Positions 23,169-34,771 of a stretch of DNA of 64,000 nt are shown one piece after another. Where the stretch lies: NCBI GenBank assembly GCA_002104945.1, contig MCFH01000011.1:868001-932000 (forward strand), read 5' to 3'. The notes under the pieces are model-generated. The model searched no databases and was not told where the DNA came from. It saw nothing but the letters and a program-made list of their open reading frames with translations. Each line of letters starts with the position of its first letter. Within the stretch, counting starts at the first letter, position 1. The position numbers and the translations under genes are program-made. This DNA is from Piromyces finnis finn (lineage: Eukaryota; Fungi; Neocallimastigomycota).

Positions 23169-26100
23169 CTAATGTGAATTATTAAAGTTTTTAATTAGTT
23201 CATCGCAGTTTAAATTACTTTCAGGTTCCCAAGATGCTTCTGAAAGCGGATAACCTTTCCATTTTATTAGATATTGAATCTTCCCATAATGCTTTCTTTT
23301 ATCAAGTATTTCTTCTACTTCGTATTCTTCTTTTTCATTTACTATTATAGGTGGAGGTGGATCTTTGATTCTTCCAAAACTATCTTCATAATACGGTTCT
23401 AGGTTTGAAACATGAACAATTGGGTAAATCTTCAGCGATTTTGGTAATTCTAATTTATAAGTGAGATTAGAGATTTTACTAATTATCCTAAACGGGCCAA
23501 GTTTCCTAGGATTAAATTTTTTATTTCCTTTATGAATTATCAAGGAGCTATCCAACCATACTTTGTCACCAGTCTTGAATGTCGGAGGTTCTTGTCTATA
23601 CTTGTCGGCGTATTTCTTTTGAACTTGGATGGCCTTCTTTAAGTTTTCTTTTAGTTTCTCCATTAGGTCTTCAAAGTCTCTTGTAAATTCTTCAGCTCTT
23701 GGAACATTCGTTTGGTCAGGAATTACCGGAGAGTATTTTGGGTGATAACCATAATTTAGGAAGAATGGTGAGAATTTTGTTGAGTCTTGAACAGCATTAT
23801 TGTAACTGAATTCTGCCAATGGAAGAAAGTTGATCCAATTTGTTCCTTTATAATTAGAAAAGCATCTTAAATATTGTTCAACAACGGAGTTTACCCTCTC
23901 CGTTTGGCCATTGGATTGATGATGATATGGTGAAGAATATTTAACATTGACGTCCAAAGATTGGCAAATAGATTTCCAAAATTTCGAAGTGAATTGCGCG
24001 CCTCTATCGGAAATAATTTCAGAGGGGAGACCGTGAATTTTGAAAATATAATTCAAAAAAGCAAAAGCAGTATCAGAAGCAGAAGGAATACCTTTAAAGG
24101 GAATGAGGTGGCACATTTTAGTAAGGCGGTCAACTACAACAAGAATAGTGTTAAATCCATCAGAAGGAGGGAGGTCAGTAATGAAATCCATAGAAATAGA
24201 AGCCCAAGGATGGTCACTAATCTCAAGGGGTTGAAGTAAACCATATGGTTTATGACGAGAAGGCTTGGAGCGGCAACAAATCTCACAAGATCGGATATAA
24301 TTCTTAACATCAATAGAAATGGATGGCCACCAAAAGTCACGAGAGATCAAAGAAATAGTTTTGCGGATACCAAAATGACCGGCAGAGGGGGAATCATGAC
24401 AGAGTTTCAAAACGGAGGGACGGCATTTTAAAGGGACATAGATTCTATTATCAAAAAGAAGAAAACTATTACTAAGAGAGAATTTATTACTTTGTGGATG
24501 TGGAGCTGGGAGATTCTTATTTTCAAGAAAATTGCAAATGTCAATGTAAAAAGAGTCGTTCACATATTCAGATAATATTTCATCATTAAGAGAAGAAATG
24601 GAACAAATCAAAGCGCAGAAATTCTCAGGGCGTAAAACCGAAAAAGGAGCATCAGAAGGAAGAGAGGAATCTATATAATCAGGTCTTCGTGAAAGCGCAT
24701 CAGGTTTACCATTTGATGAACCAGAGCGGTAGAGAATTTTAAAGTTAAATTCGGAAAGGAAAAGGGCCCAACGAACGAGACGTTGTGACATTTTTTCCGG
24801 TTTCTTTTGATATAGTAAGTTTCGATGATCTGAATAAATAGTAAACGGGGTTAAAGCACCTTTGAGAAAATGTCGCCAAGTCTCAAGAGCATTAACAATA
24901 GCTAAAAGTTCTTTATCGTATATAGGATAGTTTCTTTCAGCGGAAGTAAGAGATCTTGAATAGAAAGCGACAGGATGGATCATTTTATCATCAGGAGATT
25001 TTTGAGACAGAACTGCTCCTATAGCAAAGTTGCTAGAGTCGGTTTCAACAATAAAGGGAAGATCACGATTTGGATGAGACAGGATGGGAGCAGATGAAAT
25101 TAATGATTTAATGGTATTAAATGCATCAAGAGCTTCAGAGGAAAAATCAAATTTAACGTTTTTACGAAGTAGTCTGTGAAGGGGTTGTGCAACTTTGGCA
25201 AAATTAGGAATAAACCGACGATAGTAGTTGGCTAGGCCAATAAAAGATTGAACTTCCTTGACACTGGACGGAACTGGCCAATTAATAATAGCAGAAACTT
25301 TATTGGGGTCCATATGTATACCTTCAGAGGATATACGATGACCAAGGAAATCAATAGAGGAAACAAAGAATTCACACTTTTCAAGCTTAGCATAAAGACC
25401 AGCATTTCTTAAGCGATCCAGGACTTCGATAACGTGCTTAATGTGGGATTTATGGTTTTCAGAAAAAATAATTAAATCGTCAATATATGAATAAACAAAA
25501 ATCCCTAGAATATTTTCCAGAACATCATTGATAAAATGCTGAAAAACAGCCGGGGCGTTTTTCTGTCCGAATAGCATTACCAGATATTCAAAGTGGCCGA
25601 ATTTGCAGGTGAAAGCTGTTTTATATTCATCACCCTTTTTGATTCGGACCAAGTTATATGCTGATCGTAAATCCAATTTTGAGAAGATTTTCGCTTTACC
25701 AAGATGCTCTAGCATATCTTGAATCAGAGGTAGAGGATAGGAATCTCTAATGGTAATTTTGTTGAGTTCCCTATAATCTTGACAAAGACGGAGTTCACCA
25801 TTCTTTTTAGGAACGAAAAGTACAGGCGCACCAGCAGGAGATTTGGATTTCCTAATGAAACCCTTTTTGAGGTTTTCATCGATATAATCCTTCAAAACTC
25901 TTGTTTCTTCGTCTGTTAGTGGGTAGATTGGTCCATAAAATAGCTTGGCATTTTCGATTAGGTTTATTTGGCAATCATAAGGACGATGAGGTGGTAATTG
26001 ATCAGCAGAAGATTCGCTAAAGACGTCCATATATGATTCTAATTCCTTCGGAAGTTTAGTAATAGGATTTGAGTCTTTAAGAGAGTTTTTTGGTGAATAA

Positions 26101-27533
26101 GTGTCAACTTTAGAAAGAGATATATTAGAAGCCATGACAGTACAAGTCTCTTGTGATAAAGGATCGTTAACAGATTCATTGTTAATTAAGACAGATTTAG
26201 AATGATTTTCTTTGGGATTACGAGAATGAGATAACTTAGAATTTGAAAAAGAAGATTTAGATTTGTCAATAAAAATAGGCAAAGAAACGGAAGAAGGGTT
26301 ATTGCAATCAGTAGAAAAAACAGAAGTTTCCTGATGGAATTCGGGAACATTCGAAGGGAGAGTCATACAATGATCCAAGCAATATGAAGAACCAAAGGAT
26401 AATTTATTATTTTCAAAGTCAATACTTGGATTATGTTCCTTAAGCCAACGTAGACCTAGAATACAAGGATATACAGGTAGATCAGTAACGTAAAAGACAG
26501 TACGGCATAGGTGATCCATGTAGCGAAGATTAAGAGGTGGAGTAACTCCGAACAGTTTTTGGCTACCACCAATACCGAATACGTTGGGTAAATCTTCTTC
26601 ATAGTGGTAGGGAATATTGTGATCGTTGCAATAGTCGACATCTATTAGATTAAGTGTAGAACCGGAGTCTATAAGAATTTTTGTGTCTAGTTCAAACGAT
26701 AATTTAAAATCTGAGGTTACCCTATCTTGTTGATTTTTCTTGGAATTGGTAGAATTATTTTGTAGAGAAACTAAAGATTCGAATGCTGAGTTTTTATTTC
26801 TTCTCTTATGACAATCTTTCAGTTGGTGTCCTGGAGATCCACAATAGACACATAAGTTTTCCTTACTTCTTCTTTCTTTTTCTTCCTTGGATAACGGACC
26901 AAAGTATCTTTTCTTCTTGGGATGTTCGTTTAGATTTGTGGAAGCCTTTCTGGAGCCATTGCTGGAATTAGAACTTGGTCCCTTAGAATTTTTGTCAAAA
27001 AATAATCCCCTGGTAGCAAGTCTGGAGTCTATTCTAGCTGCAATAGTTTGGAGGGAAAACAAATCTCTTGGTCCTGGGAACATCTCTAATATCTTCATTG
27101 CAACTTCTTGGTTGAGCCCAGCGATAAAAGCATCCATCTTAGCCTCTTCATTCCAGTTAGATTCATCAGAGTATTTGTTAAATTCAAGGATGTATCCTCT
27201 GATGCCGCCCAAACGATGTTGCTTGAGAGTACGTAGCATTTGATTGGCTACGTAGACTGCATCATTGTTCCCATAGAACGCCTTTAGTCTTTCCTTGAAT
27301 GCTTGGTAGTTGGTCAGACATGGATCATGGTTGTCAATAAGCGTAGCGGCCCAATTTAATGCATTTCCATAAAGGCGAGAAATCAGGTAGATAACCTTGC
27401 TCTCTTCATCTTGATATCTTTCGGGATAAAGGAGAAAAACCAGTTCTATTTTGGCTAAGAAACCTTTGAGATATTTTCTGTCTCCTGCGAAACCGTCTTT
27501 TAGTGAGGCGTTATCAAATATTTGTCCTTCCAT
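23169..27533 (-). CDS. Gag-Pol polyprotein, family A copy 2, 1454 aa
   Basis: Translation in the ORF track appears identical to copy 1. Confidence 0.97.
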   Translation of the reverse strand: MEGQIFDNASLKDGFAGDRKYLKGFLAKIELVFLLYPERYQDEESKVIYLISRLYGNALNWAATLIDNHDPCLTNYQAFKERLKAFYGNNDAVYVANQMLRTLKQHRLGGIRGYILEFNKYSDESNWNEEAKMDAFIAGLNQEVAMKILEMFPGPRDLFSLQTIAARIDSRLATRGLFFDKNSKGPSSNSSNGSRKASTNLNEHPKKKRYFGPLSKEEKERRSKENLCVYCGSPGHQLKDCHKRRNKNSAFESLVSLQNNSTNSKKNQQDRVTSDFKLSFELDTKILIDSGSTLNLIDVDYCNDHNIPYHYEEDLPNVFGIGGSQKLFGVTPPLNLRYMDHLCRTVFYVTDLPVYPCILGLRWLKEHNPSIDFENNKLSFGSSYCLDHCMTLPSNVPEFHQETSVFSTDCNNPSSVSLPIFIDKSKSSFSNSKLSHSRNPKENHSKSVLINNESVNDPLSQETCTVMASNISLSKVDTYSPKNSLKDSNPITKLPKELESYMDVFSESSADQLPPHRPYDCQINLIENAKLFYGPIYPLTDEETRVLKDYIDENLKKGFIRKSKSPAGAPVLFVPKKNGELRLCQDYRELNKITIRDSYPLPLIQDMLEHLGKAKIFSKLDLRSAYNLVRIKKGDEYKTAFTCKFGHFEYLVMLFGQKNAPAVFQHFINDVLENILGIFVYSYIDDLIIFSENHKSHIKHVIEVLDRLRNAGLYAKLEKCEFFVSSIDFLGHRISSEGIHMDPNKVSAIINWPVPSSVKEVQSFIGLANYYRRFIPNFAKVAQPLHRLLRKNVKFDFSSEALDAFNTIKSLISSAPILSHPNRDLPFIVETDSSNFAIGAVLSQKSPDDKMIHPVAFYSRSLTSAERNYPIYDKELLAIVNALETWRHFLKGALTPFTIYSDHRNLLYQKKPEKMSQRLVRWALFLSEFNFKILYRSGSSNGKPDALSRRPDYIDSSLPSDAPFSVLRPENFCALICSISSLNDEILSEYVNDSFYIDICNFLENKNLPAPHPQSNKFSLSNSFLLFDNRIYVPLKCRPSVLKLCHDSPSAGHFGIRKTISLISRDFWWPSISIDVKNYIRSCEICCRSKPSRHKPYGLLQPLEISDHPWASISMDFITDLPPSDGFNTILVVVDRLTKMCHLIPFKGIPSASDTAFAFLNYIFKIHGLPSEIISDRGAQFTSKFWKSICQSLDVNVKYSSPYHHQSNGQTERVNSVVEQYLRCFSNYKGTNWINFLPLAEFSYNNAVQDSTKFSPFFLNYGYHPKYSPVIPDQTNVPRAEEFTRDFEDLMEKLKENLKKAIQVQKKYADKYRQEPPTFKTGDKVWLDSSLIIHKGNKKFNPRKLGPFRIISKISNLTYKLELPKSLKIYPIVHVSNLEPYYEDSFGRIKDPPPPIIVNEKEEYEVEEILDKRKHYGKIQYLIKWKGYPLSEASWEPESNLNCDELIKNFNNSH

Positions 27534-28227
27534 TAGAATTAAAAAATATAATTGTTTGAAAATAAAAATTATGTAAATAAGATAAAGTTATGTTTGAAGA
27601 AATTAAGAAGGAAAAAAAAAAAATTAAATCTTTATTATTATTTATTGATTAAAATATTTTAAATATAGACAAAGAGTCAAATTAAATAGTATTGGACCAT
27701 CAAATATTTAATTTTATTAGTATTCAATACTAGGTCCCTTGTAGCTCTTTGTTGATAACGTAGATATTATCAATTGTTAATATTGGAAATGAAAATTTTC
27801 AATAAAAGGAATTAACGGTATTAGTTTCTTTATTGTCACTTACTTAATTAAGCGGAAAGAAAAAAATAGGTTTAATTCCCCGATTATTAATAATATCTAA
27901 ACAACAAAGTATTACGTATAGGTGTCCAACTATCCACGCTAAGGGAGTTATTGAATCCTAACTTCTTTGTTATTTTATTATATTTTTCAAAAAATAATAA
28001 ATAAAATTTAATTTTATTTATTAAAAGTAGAAAACGTTTTATTAGAAAATGAATTTTTTCTTTATTATTAAATTAAGCGTCCTGGCGCTCCCCTTATAAT
28101 AACTGTGGGTTTTACTTTTGTTTTCAGTACCCTTATTGTTAAAATAAGCTTCACTGACTTACTTAATTTTTTAATAAATTAAAAATTCTTCCTTTTTTAA
28201 ACACTAAGGTGTTATTATATATTTTAG

Positions 28228-28237
28228 GAGTTTTTAT
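28228..28237 (-). promoter_or_regulatory. Self-priming PBS of family A (ATAAAAACTC)
   Basis: Abuts the LTR. With the terminal LTR base it is complementary over 11 nt to 28387-28397 in the LTR. TATAAAT lies 42 nt upstream of that site. Confidence 0.75.
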
Positions 28238-29007
28238 TGTAAAGAACTAATGTTCAATAAATAAAAACACAAATATATAAAAAGGAAAATAATAAAAGCA
28301 AATAAAAATTTTATTATTGAACACTTAACAAAATTATAACAGGTTAGTGTTTAATAATTTTATTTTTATTATAAAATTTTTTTGTTAATAAAAACTCGAA
28401 TTAAAAATAATTTTTTGAGAAATTTCACTCGTATTTATATAAAAATTTTTAAAAGTAAATTTATAAAAATTTTACAACTTAATTTTTTAAGCCAATCAGA
28501 AATTATCTTCTTTGGTAAAATTTCGTTATTTTTATGATTAAATATTATTATTATAATATTTTATATAACACCAACACTTTATAAATAAATATTTGTATAA
28601 TATGTATATATATTATTTTATATTTATTTATTATTATTTATTTATTAATATTTGTTATTAATATTTATTATTATTTAATACAAGTTATTTAATAATGTCT
28701 TTTCTTATATTATGAAAAGAACTACATTTTAATAATAGTAAAAAATATATATTTATATAATATTAAATAAAATTATACTTTTCATATAATTAATTTAATT
28801 AATACATAAAAATTTAAATAATATATAATTATATAATTAATTAATAGTAAATAAAATATAAAATTATTTCATTATAATTTTAACAGTTATAAAATATTTT
28901 AATAATTAAAAAAAAGATATTAATGAGGTTTCGAACTCGAGTAGTTCAAACCAAGGTCTTAGTTACTAACCACTAAGACAGGTTACTAATTTCTATGATT
29001 CGTTACA
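28238..29007 (-). repeat. Family A 5' LTR (770 bp)
   Basis: TGTAACG...CTTTACA on the minus strand. Matches the middle LTR. Confidence 0.95.
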
Positions 29008-30086
29008 GTTCTATTGTGTAAAATATTGTATTAATAGAATAATGTATTTAATTGTCACGAATACTAGTGAAATTACAATTTCAAGATCACTTGGAATTGT
29101 GAAATCACTTATGAAAATTCAAAATCAACAAATATTTTATTTTCAAATAAATTATAAAATTTTATTAAGAAATATTTAAAAATTTAGAAAAGGTTAAAAT
29201 ATGACCTTAACCCTTAATAATTTTTATAATAAATAACTTTAACCCTTATCGTTAAAATGGAATAAGAAAAAACACGCGTATCTCCTCAACGAATGACGAT
29301 TTTTGAATAAAAATGTTTTGGTTATAATTAAGTTCGTTAGAAAGCCACGCTCGAGACAAACAACATATCTTAAAATCAGGTCAATATCTCTGCTGGTTCA
29401 CGAGATATTCCAATTTAAAGATATTTTGTTAGCAATGATTAATTGTTTATTCAGAGAATGATCACCCCTGATATATCAAACATAAATCATTCACTCAAAG
29501 TATAAAAATTATTGTTTAATTAAATCAAAATTATTTTCCGGAACTAATTAACTTTATTTTATAATAATTATTTCAATAACATAATTTATAATCTTTGAAC
29601 TAGAGGATTATAATTATTAATATTATATTCAATGAATTATATTATAATTAAGAAATAATTAATATTATGAATATTATAAACAATAGTTATTTTTTAATAA
29701 TTAGGAATAAGTCTTAAGTTTAGTTTAAGTATTATAAAATATATTATGAATATAATCATGTATTGAAAAGTTATTTTATTATTAAATGTAAAATTACAAA
29801 TAGTATAAATAGTTTAGAATAGTTTTATGAATTAAATCTTTGTAAAGATTATTATCTTATTAATACTTAATAAGTATTACTATTAAATAATCTTATTATT
29901 ATATATATTCTTTAAATAAAATAAAAAGGAATTATTTTAACTATAATACATAATATAATTATTCATTTATAAATCAATTAAGATTATTTTAATAAAACAT
30001 TTTTTTTTTCTAACCTAGTTATCTTTTAACCTTTTATTTAATTTAATATTTTAATATTAAATTATAAGTTTAGTAAAACTTTTACA

Positions 30087-30097
30087 ATAATCTTTAC
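30087..30097 (+). promoter_or_regulatory. Self-priming PBS of family B (ATAATCTTTAC)
   Basis: Exact complement GTAAAGATTAT at 29842-29852 in the LTR. TATAAAT at 29804. Confidence 0.8.
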
Positions 30098-30161
30098 CGC
30101 GTTTTTTACCATAACTACCTTAGGAAAAAACTTAATTTAAAAATTTAAAAAAAAAAAAAAA

Positions 30162-31073
30162 ATGACTCAACCAACACCTAAACCAGTTCAACAATTCCTA
30201 AAGCCTCAAGATTTAGAAGAATTTAAGAAAAATCTTTGTGGTGAACTAGACAAGTATATCACTCAACAATTGGATAAAAATACCACCTCCTTGTTAGAAC
30301 GTATGGATGCTATGTTAAAGGAACTTAAGAGTCGTGCTAATTATACTGAAACCGAGGAATCTTCTACTGATTATGATGAAGATCATGATGTTATAATGCG
30401 TAATAGAACCTATCCTATCAAACAAGTACCAGATCCAGGATTCTTTACTGGTGATACTACTCAGACTGAGTTATTCTGCGAACTCTGCCAAGCTACCTTT
30501 AAAACTCCACCTAACAATCAACTATCTGAAGAAGTAAAAATTAACTTTGTTGTTGTTAGATTACGTGATTCTGCCAGAACTTGGTATCATATTAAATATA
30601 AAGATGGTATTACTCCTATGACTATGAACGAACTATTAAGTGAATTAAACAAAGCTTTTTCAAATGTTACCAGTACCAAATTAGCCATGATTCAATTAAT
30701 AGAATTAAGACAAGCTTATGGAAAAGTGAACGATTATATTAACAAATTTAGAGATTTAAGTCGTTGTTTAGAGATAGATGACATTAGTCTTTCACTAATA
30801 TTTTTAAATGGTTTACATCCAAAATATAAGAATGAAATTAAGAAAGCTGATATTTTACCTAACACTTTAAGTGAAATGGTTACAAAGTGTATAATTTTTG
30901 AAAATTCTCTTGCTACTAATAATAAATTAAATATCAATAATAATAATAATAAAAATCAACATTACAATAAGAGAAACAATAGGAAATTCAATAAGAATAA
31001 AACCCATTATCAAAATTCAAACAATAATAATAATTATGTCAATAAAGTTCAAAAAATGAACTCAAAAAACTAA
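30162..31073 (+). CDS. Gag, family B, 303 aa
   Basis: PDPGFFTG..RLRDSARTWY..LRQ..VNDYINKF..FLNGL capsid pattern. Asn-rich tail, no Zn knuckle. Confidence 0.9.
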   Translation: MTQPTPKPVQQFLKPQDLEEFKKNLCGELDKYITQQLDKNTTSLLERMDAMLKELKSRANYTETEESSTDYDEDHDVIMRNRTYPIKQVPDPGFFTGDTTQTELFCELCQATFKTPPNNQLSEEVKINFVVVRLRDSARTWYHIKYKDGITPMTMNELLSELNKAFSNVTSTKLAMIQLIELRQAYGKVNDYINKFRDLSRCLEIDDISLSLIFLNGLHPKYKNEIKKADILPNTLSEMVTKCIIFENSLATNNKLNINNNNNKNQHYNKRNNRKFNKNKTHYQNSNNNNNYVNKVQKMNSKN

Positions 31074-31108
31074 GAAATGAACTCTCAAGAGAGTCTAAGA
31101 GAGTTCAT
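31064..31108 (+). promoter_or_regulatory. -1 programmed ribosomal frameshift signal
   Basis: A AAA AAC at 31064-31070, 6-nt spacer, perfect 10-bp stem ATGAACTCTC/GAGAGTTCAT (31077-31086/31099-31108). The -1 frame is open into pol. Confidence 0.85.
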
Positions 31109-34100
31109 AATACAAAAATAATACATTACAACTTTCCTACATATGACTCTAAAATAAATAAAAAATTGCCTACAACATTTTTCAACTTAAAATTTTTTAT
31201 CCCAATTAAATTAAACAAACTTTATGATTTAAAAAATTCAATTAATAAAAATCAATACAATTTAATTTTAGATAGTGGCTCATATTGCAACTTTATTTCA
31301 ATCAACTTGGTCAATAAATTAAAACTAAAACCACACAAATTATTACACTCAATTGAAATAAATGGAATTAGTGGTTCAATATTTATTGATACATACACCT
31401 TCTTATATTTTAAGACTACTATCTATATTAATCATTCAAAATTTTTAATTACTTTTAAAGAAAAATTTCTAATTATTAAAAATCTTCCAACAGATTTGTT
31501 ATTAGGCAATAAATTTTTACACAAATATCAACTACATTTTAATTATAATAAAAATTTTGTATATTCAAGTTTAAATTTTAACAATTTTAAAAAATTAAAT
31601 TCTAATAAAATTATATATAAAATTAATAAAAACCGATTGAATAAATCCAAAAATTTAAAAATTAAAACCATTAATCATAATAAATTAACTTCCAATACAT
31701 CTTTTAATAATTTGAAAAATTACTCTAAACCAAAATATCAAAATTTCAGCTATAATTACCTTATTCACTCATTTTTAGCTAATAGTGAAAAAGATTATAA
31801 TACTGATGATGAAGATGATAATGAAGAAGACTTCAAATTAGAAGAAGTACCAGAACCATATCGTGATTTAGCGGAAGTTTTCAGCAAGGTTAAGGCTGAT
31901 AAACTACCACCACATAGGCTAACGGATTGTAAAATCGTTTTACAAAAAGATGCTTCTTTACATTATGGTCCTATATATCCTCTATCTGAAGATGAATCCC
32001 AAGTTCTTAAAGAATACATAGATGAAAATCTCAAGAAAGGATTCATTAGACCATCTGAATCTCCAGCTGGTTATCCTGTTTTATTTCAGAAAAAGAAGGA
32101 TGGATCGTTACGTCTTTGTATTGATTACAAAAAATTAAATGCAGTTACAATTCGCAATTCTTACCCACTTCCTCTAATTACTGATATTATCGAAAGAGTG
32201 AAAGGTGCTAAATTTTTTTCAAAATTAGATCTTCGTTCTGCTTACAATTTAGTGCGTATTCGTGAAGGAGACGAATATAAGACAGCTTTTAGAACTAAAT
32301 ATGGTCACTATGAATATTTAGTAATGCCTTTTGGTTTAAGAAATGCCCCTGCTACATTTCAATCATTTATTAATTCAGTATTACGCCCTTATTTAGAAAA
32401 ATTTGTTATTTTATATTTAGATGATATTCTGATTTACTCGGAAACATTAGATGAACATATACAACATGTTCGTACTGTTCTCCAAACATTGCTCAAAAAT
32501 AATTTATTTGCTAAATTAAAGAAATGTGAATTTCACAAGCCAGAAGTTGAATTTTTAGGACACGTTATATCAGGCAATGGTATATCTACTGATCCAAAGA
32601 AAATTAAATCTGTCCAAGAATGGCCTACACCTAATTGTGTAAAAGATGTTCAACGCTTTGTTGGATTATGCAACTATTATAGAAGATTTATAAAAGATTT
32701 TGCTACTATTGCTAAACCGCTTCACAATTTAACAAAGAAAAATACTAGTTTTAATTGGAATGATAAATGTAATAACTCATTTTTAGAATTAAAAAAGAGA
32801 CTAATCTCTTCACCTATTTTATTACATCCAGATCCAACCAAACCATTTATTGTCGAATGCGATGCTAGTAATTTTGCCATTGGTTGTATACTTTCTCAAA
32901 AGGATGAAGATAACAAATTACATCCTGTAGCATATTATTCAAGATGTTTAAACAATGCTGAATTAAATTATTCAATTACTGAAAAGGAACTTTTAGCTAT
33001 AAAATGTGCATTTTCTACCTGGAGACATTTATTACTAGGTGCTAAATACCAAGTAACCGTTTTTACTGACCATAAAAACCTTCTATACACCTTAGGTGGT
33101 AAAGTCGGAAACCAACGTCAACATCGTTGGCATTTATTTTTCCAAGAATATAATTTTCAATTAATATACCGCCAAGGAAGAAAAAATGGTAAACCTGATA
33201 GTTTGTCAAGAAGACCTGATTACGAGAAAAATAATGTTGAACCTAAACCAGAACATATATTAGATTATAAAAACGTTCCCGATACTCCATGTTTTGTTGG
33301 TATTGTTGGTTCTCTCATTGATCAAATAATAGAAAATTATAAGGATGATGAAAATGCGAATAATATTTATCTTTACTTTAGTCCTAATAATGCTAATCAA
33401 GGTTACTTTTACAGACCTTTCAGAAAAATGGAAAAATTTAAAATAAAAAATAATTTAATTTTATATAATAATTTAATTTATGTACCAGAAAAACTTCATG
33501 TAGATATTTTAACCAGGTACCATGATAACGCTACTGCTGGACATTTAGGTATTCGAAGAACTGAAGAACTAATTAACCGTAATTTTTGGTGGCCCAAAAT
33601 GCATCAAGATATCATAAATTTTGTCAATTCTTGCGAACAATGTTCCAGAAATAAAGTTAATAGACATAAAAGATATGATCTTTTAAGACCTTTAGAAATT
33701 CCTGATCGCCCTTGGAAATCTATTGAAATCGATTTTCTTTGTGGTCTCCCTGAATCAAAAAGGTTTTCCGTTATAATGGTTGTTGTAGATCGCTTTTCAA
33801 AAATGATTCACCTTATTCCGTTCAAAGAAATACCTACAGCTGAAGAAACTGCCAAAGCTTTCCTAAAAAATATTTTTAAACTCCATGGACTACCTACAGA
33901 TATTTATACGGACAGAGGAACACAATTTACTAGTGCTTTATGGATAGAAATTATGGAAAAATTGCGTGTTAAGCCAAAAATAGCTACCACAGATCACCAT
34001 GAGACCGTTGGTCAAGTAGAACGTTGTAACTCTTTCATTGAACAATATTTACGTTGCTATTCAAGAACATTTTTCCACGATGACTGGATTGAATGGTTAC

Positions 34101-34771
34101 ATCTAGCTGAATTTGTTTATAATAATACTGTTCATGAATCTACAAAACAAACTCCATTTTTCATTAATTATGGATTCCACCCACCTATGGATGATGTCTT
34201 TTTGTTTCAAGGTTCTGATTCAAACTTTAAATACATTAAAGATGTTAGTAAAAATTTCCTTTTAGTTAAAGATGTTTTGCTTAGATCTCAAGATTTATAC
34301 AAAAGAGCTGCCGATAAGAAAAGAATTATTGCTCCTGAATTGAATGAAGGACAAAAAGTTTGGATTCATGCACCTCCTGCTTTTGCTACTACTGAAAATG
34401 CCAAACTAGCGCCTCGTAAGTATGGTCCTTACAAGGTTTTAGAAGTTTTAAACAATGGTAATTATAAAATAGATATTTCAAAATCACCTTTTCCAAAACA
34501 CCACCCTGTATTTCACATATCGGAACTTGAACCTTATGTATCTACGCCAGATAAATTTAAAAATAGATTTAAATATAAAGAAACTAATGCAGAAATTATA
34601 GAAATTGGTGACTTTAGGACAAATTATAAAGAAAAACGCTACGAATATAAAATTCGTTATAAACACCGCCTAAGTTGGCACTGGGTTCCTGCTACAGTAA
34701 TAGAAAGTAACCCAAGATATCAAGAATTATTAATTCAATTCAATAAAAGTATTAGAAAACACAAAATCTAA
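31064..34771 (+). CDS. Pol, family B (PR, RT, RNase H, IN, degenerate chromodomain), expressed by -1 frameshift
   Basis: ILDSGS, MPFGL, YLDD, CDAS, HHCC/DDE, GPY. The TTG start in the track (31166) is not required because the frame is open from the slip site. Confidence 0.93.
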   Translation, partial: KKLRNELSRESKRVHNTKIIHYNFPTYDSKINKKLPTTFFNLKFFIPIKLNKLYDLKNSINKNQYNLILDSGSYCNFISINLVNKLKLKPHKLLHSIEINGISGSIFIDTYTFLYFKTTIYINHSKFLITFKEKFLIIKNLPTDLLLGNKFLHKYQLHFNYNKNFVYSSLNFNNFKKLNSNKIIYKINKNRLNKSKNLKIKTINHNKLTSNTSFNNLKNYSKPKYQNFSYNYLIHSFLANSEKDYNTDDEDDNEEDFKLEEVPEPYRDLAEVFSKVKADKLPPHRLTDCKIVLQKDASLHYGPIYPLSEDESQVLKEYIDENLKKGFIRPSESPAGYPVLFQKKKDGSLRLCIDYKKLNAVTIRNSYPLPLITDIIERVKGAKFFSKLDLRSAYNLVRIREGDEYKTAFRTKYGHYEYLVMPFGLRNAPATFQSFINSVLRPYLEKFVILYLDDILIYSETLDEHIQHVRTVLQTLLKNNLFAKLKKCEFHKPEVEFLGHVISGNGISTDPKKIKSVQEWPTPNCVKDVQRFVGLCNYYRRFIKDFATIAKPLHNLTKKNTSFNWNDKCNNSFLELKKRLISSPILLHPDPTKPFIVECDASNFAIGCILSQKDEDNKLHPVAYYSRCLNNAELNYSITEKELLAIKCAFSTWRHLLLGAKYQVTVFTDHKNLLYTLGGKVGNQRQHRWHLFFQEYNFQLIYRQGRKNGKPDSLSRRPDYEKNNVEPKPEHILDYKNVPDTPCFVGIVGSLIDQIIENYKDDENANNIYLYFSPNNANQGYFYRPFRKMEKFKIKNNLILYNNLIYVPEKLHVDILTRYHDNATAGHLGIRRTEELINRNFWWPKMHQDIINFVNSCEQCSRNKVNRHKRYDLLRPLEIPDRPWKSIEIDFLCGLPESKRFSVIMVVVDRFSKMIHLIPFKEIPTAEETAKAFLKNIFKLHGLPTDIYTDRGTQFTSALWIEIMEKLRVKPKIATTDHHETVGQVERCNSFIEQYLRCYSRTFFHDDWIEWLHLAEFVYNNTVHESTKQTPFFINYGFHPPMDDVFLFQGSDSNFKYIKDVSKNFLLVKDVLLRSQDLYKRAADKKRIIAPELNEGQKVWIHAPPAFATTENAKLAPRKYGPYKVLEVLNNGNYKIDISKSPFPKHHPVFHISELEPYVSTPDKFKNRFKYKETNAEIIEIGDFRTNYKEKRYEYKIRYKHRLSWHWVPATVIESNPRYQELLIQFNKSIRKHKI

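Larger units (their letters stand above)
16416..29007 (-). mobile_element. Ty3/Gypsy chromovirus family A, tandem dimer LTR-int-LTR-int-LTR
   Basis: Three TG..CA LTRs and two internal regions offset by 6091 bp. A single TSD GTTCT at 16411-16415 and 29008-29012. PPT CTGGAGGAGGACCA (minus strand) at 16825-16838. Confidence 0.97.

Noticed and set aside
17870-27243. Antisense and alternate-frame ORFs of 60-141 aa within gag-pol and host genes
   Set aside because: Shadows of long coding frames with no recognisable motifs.
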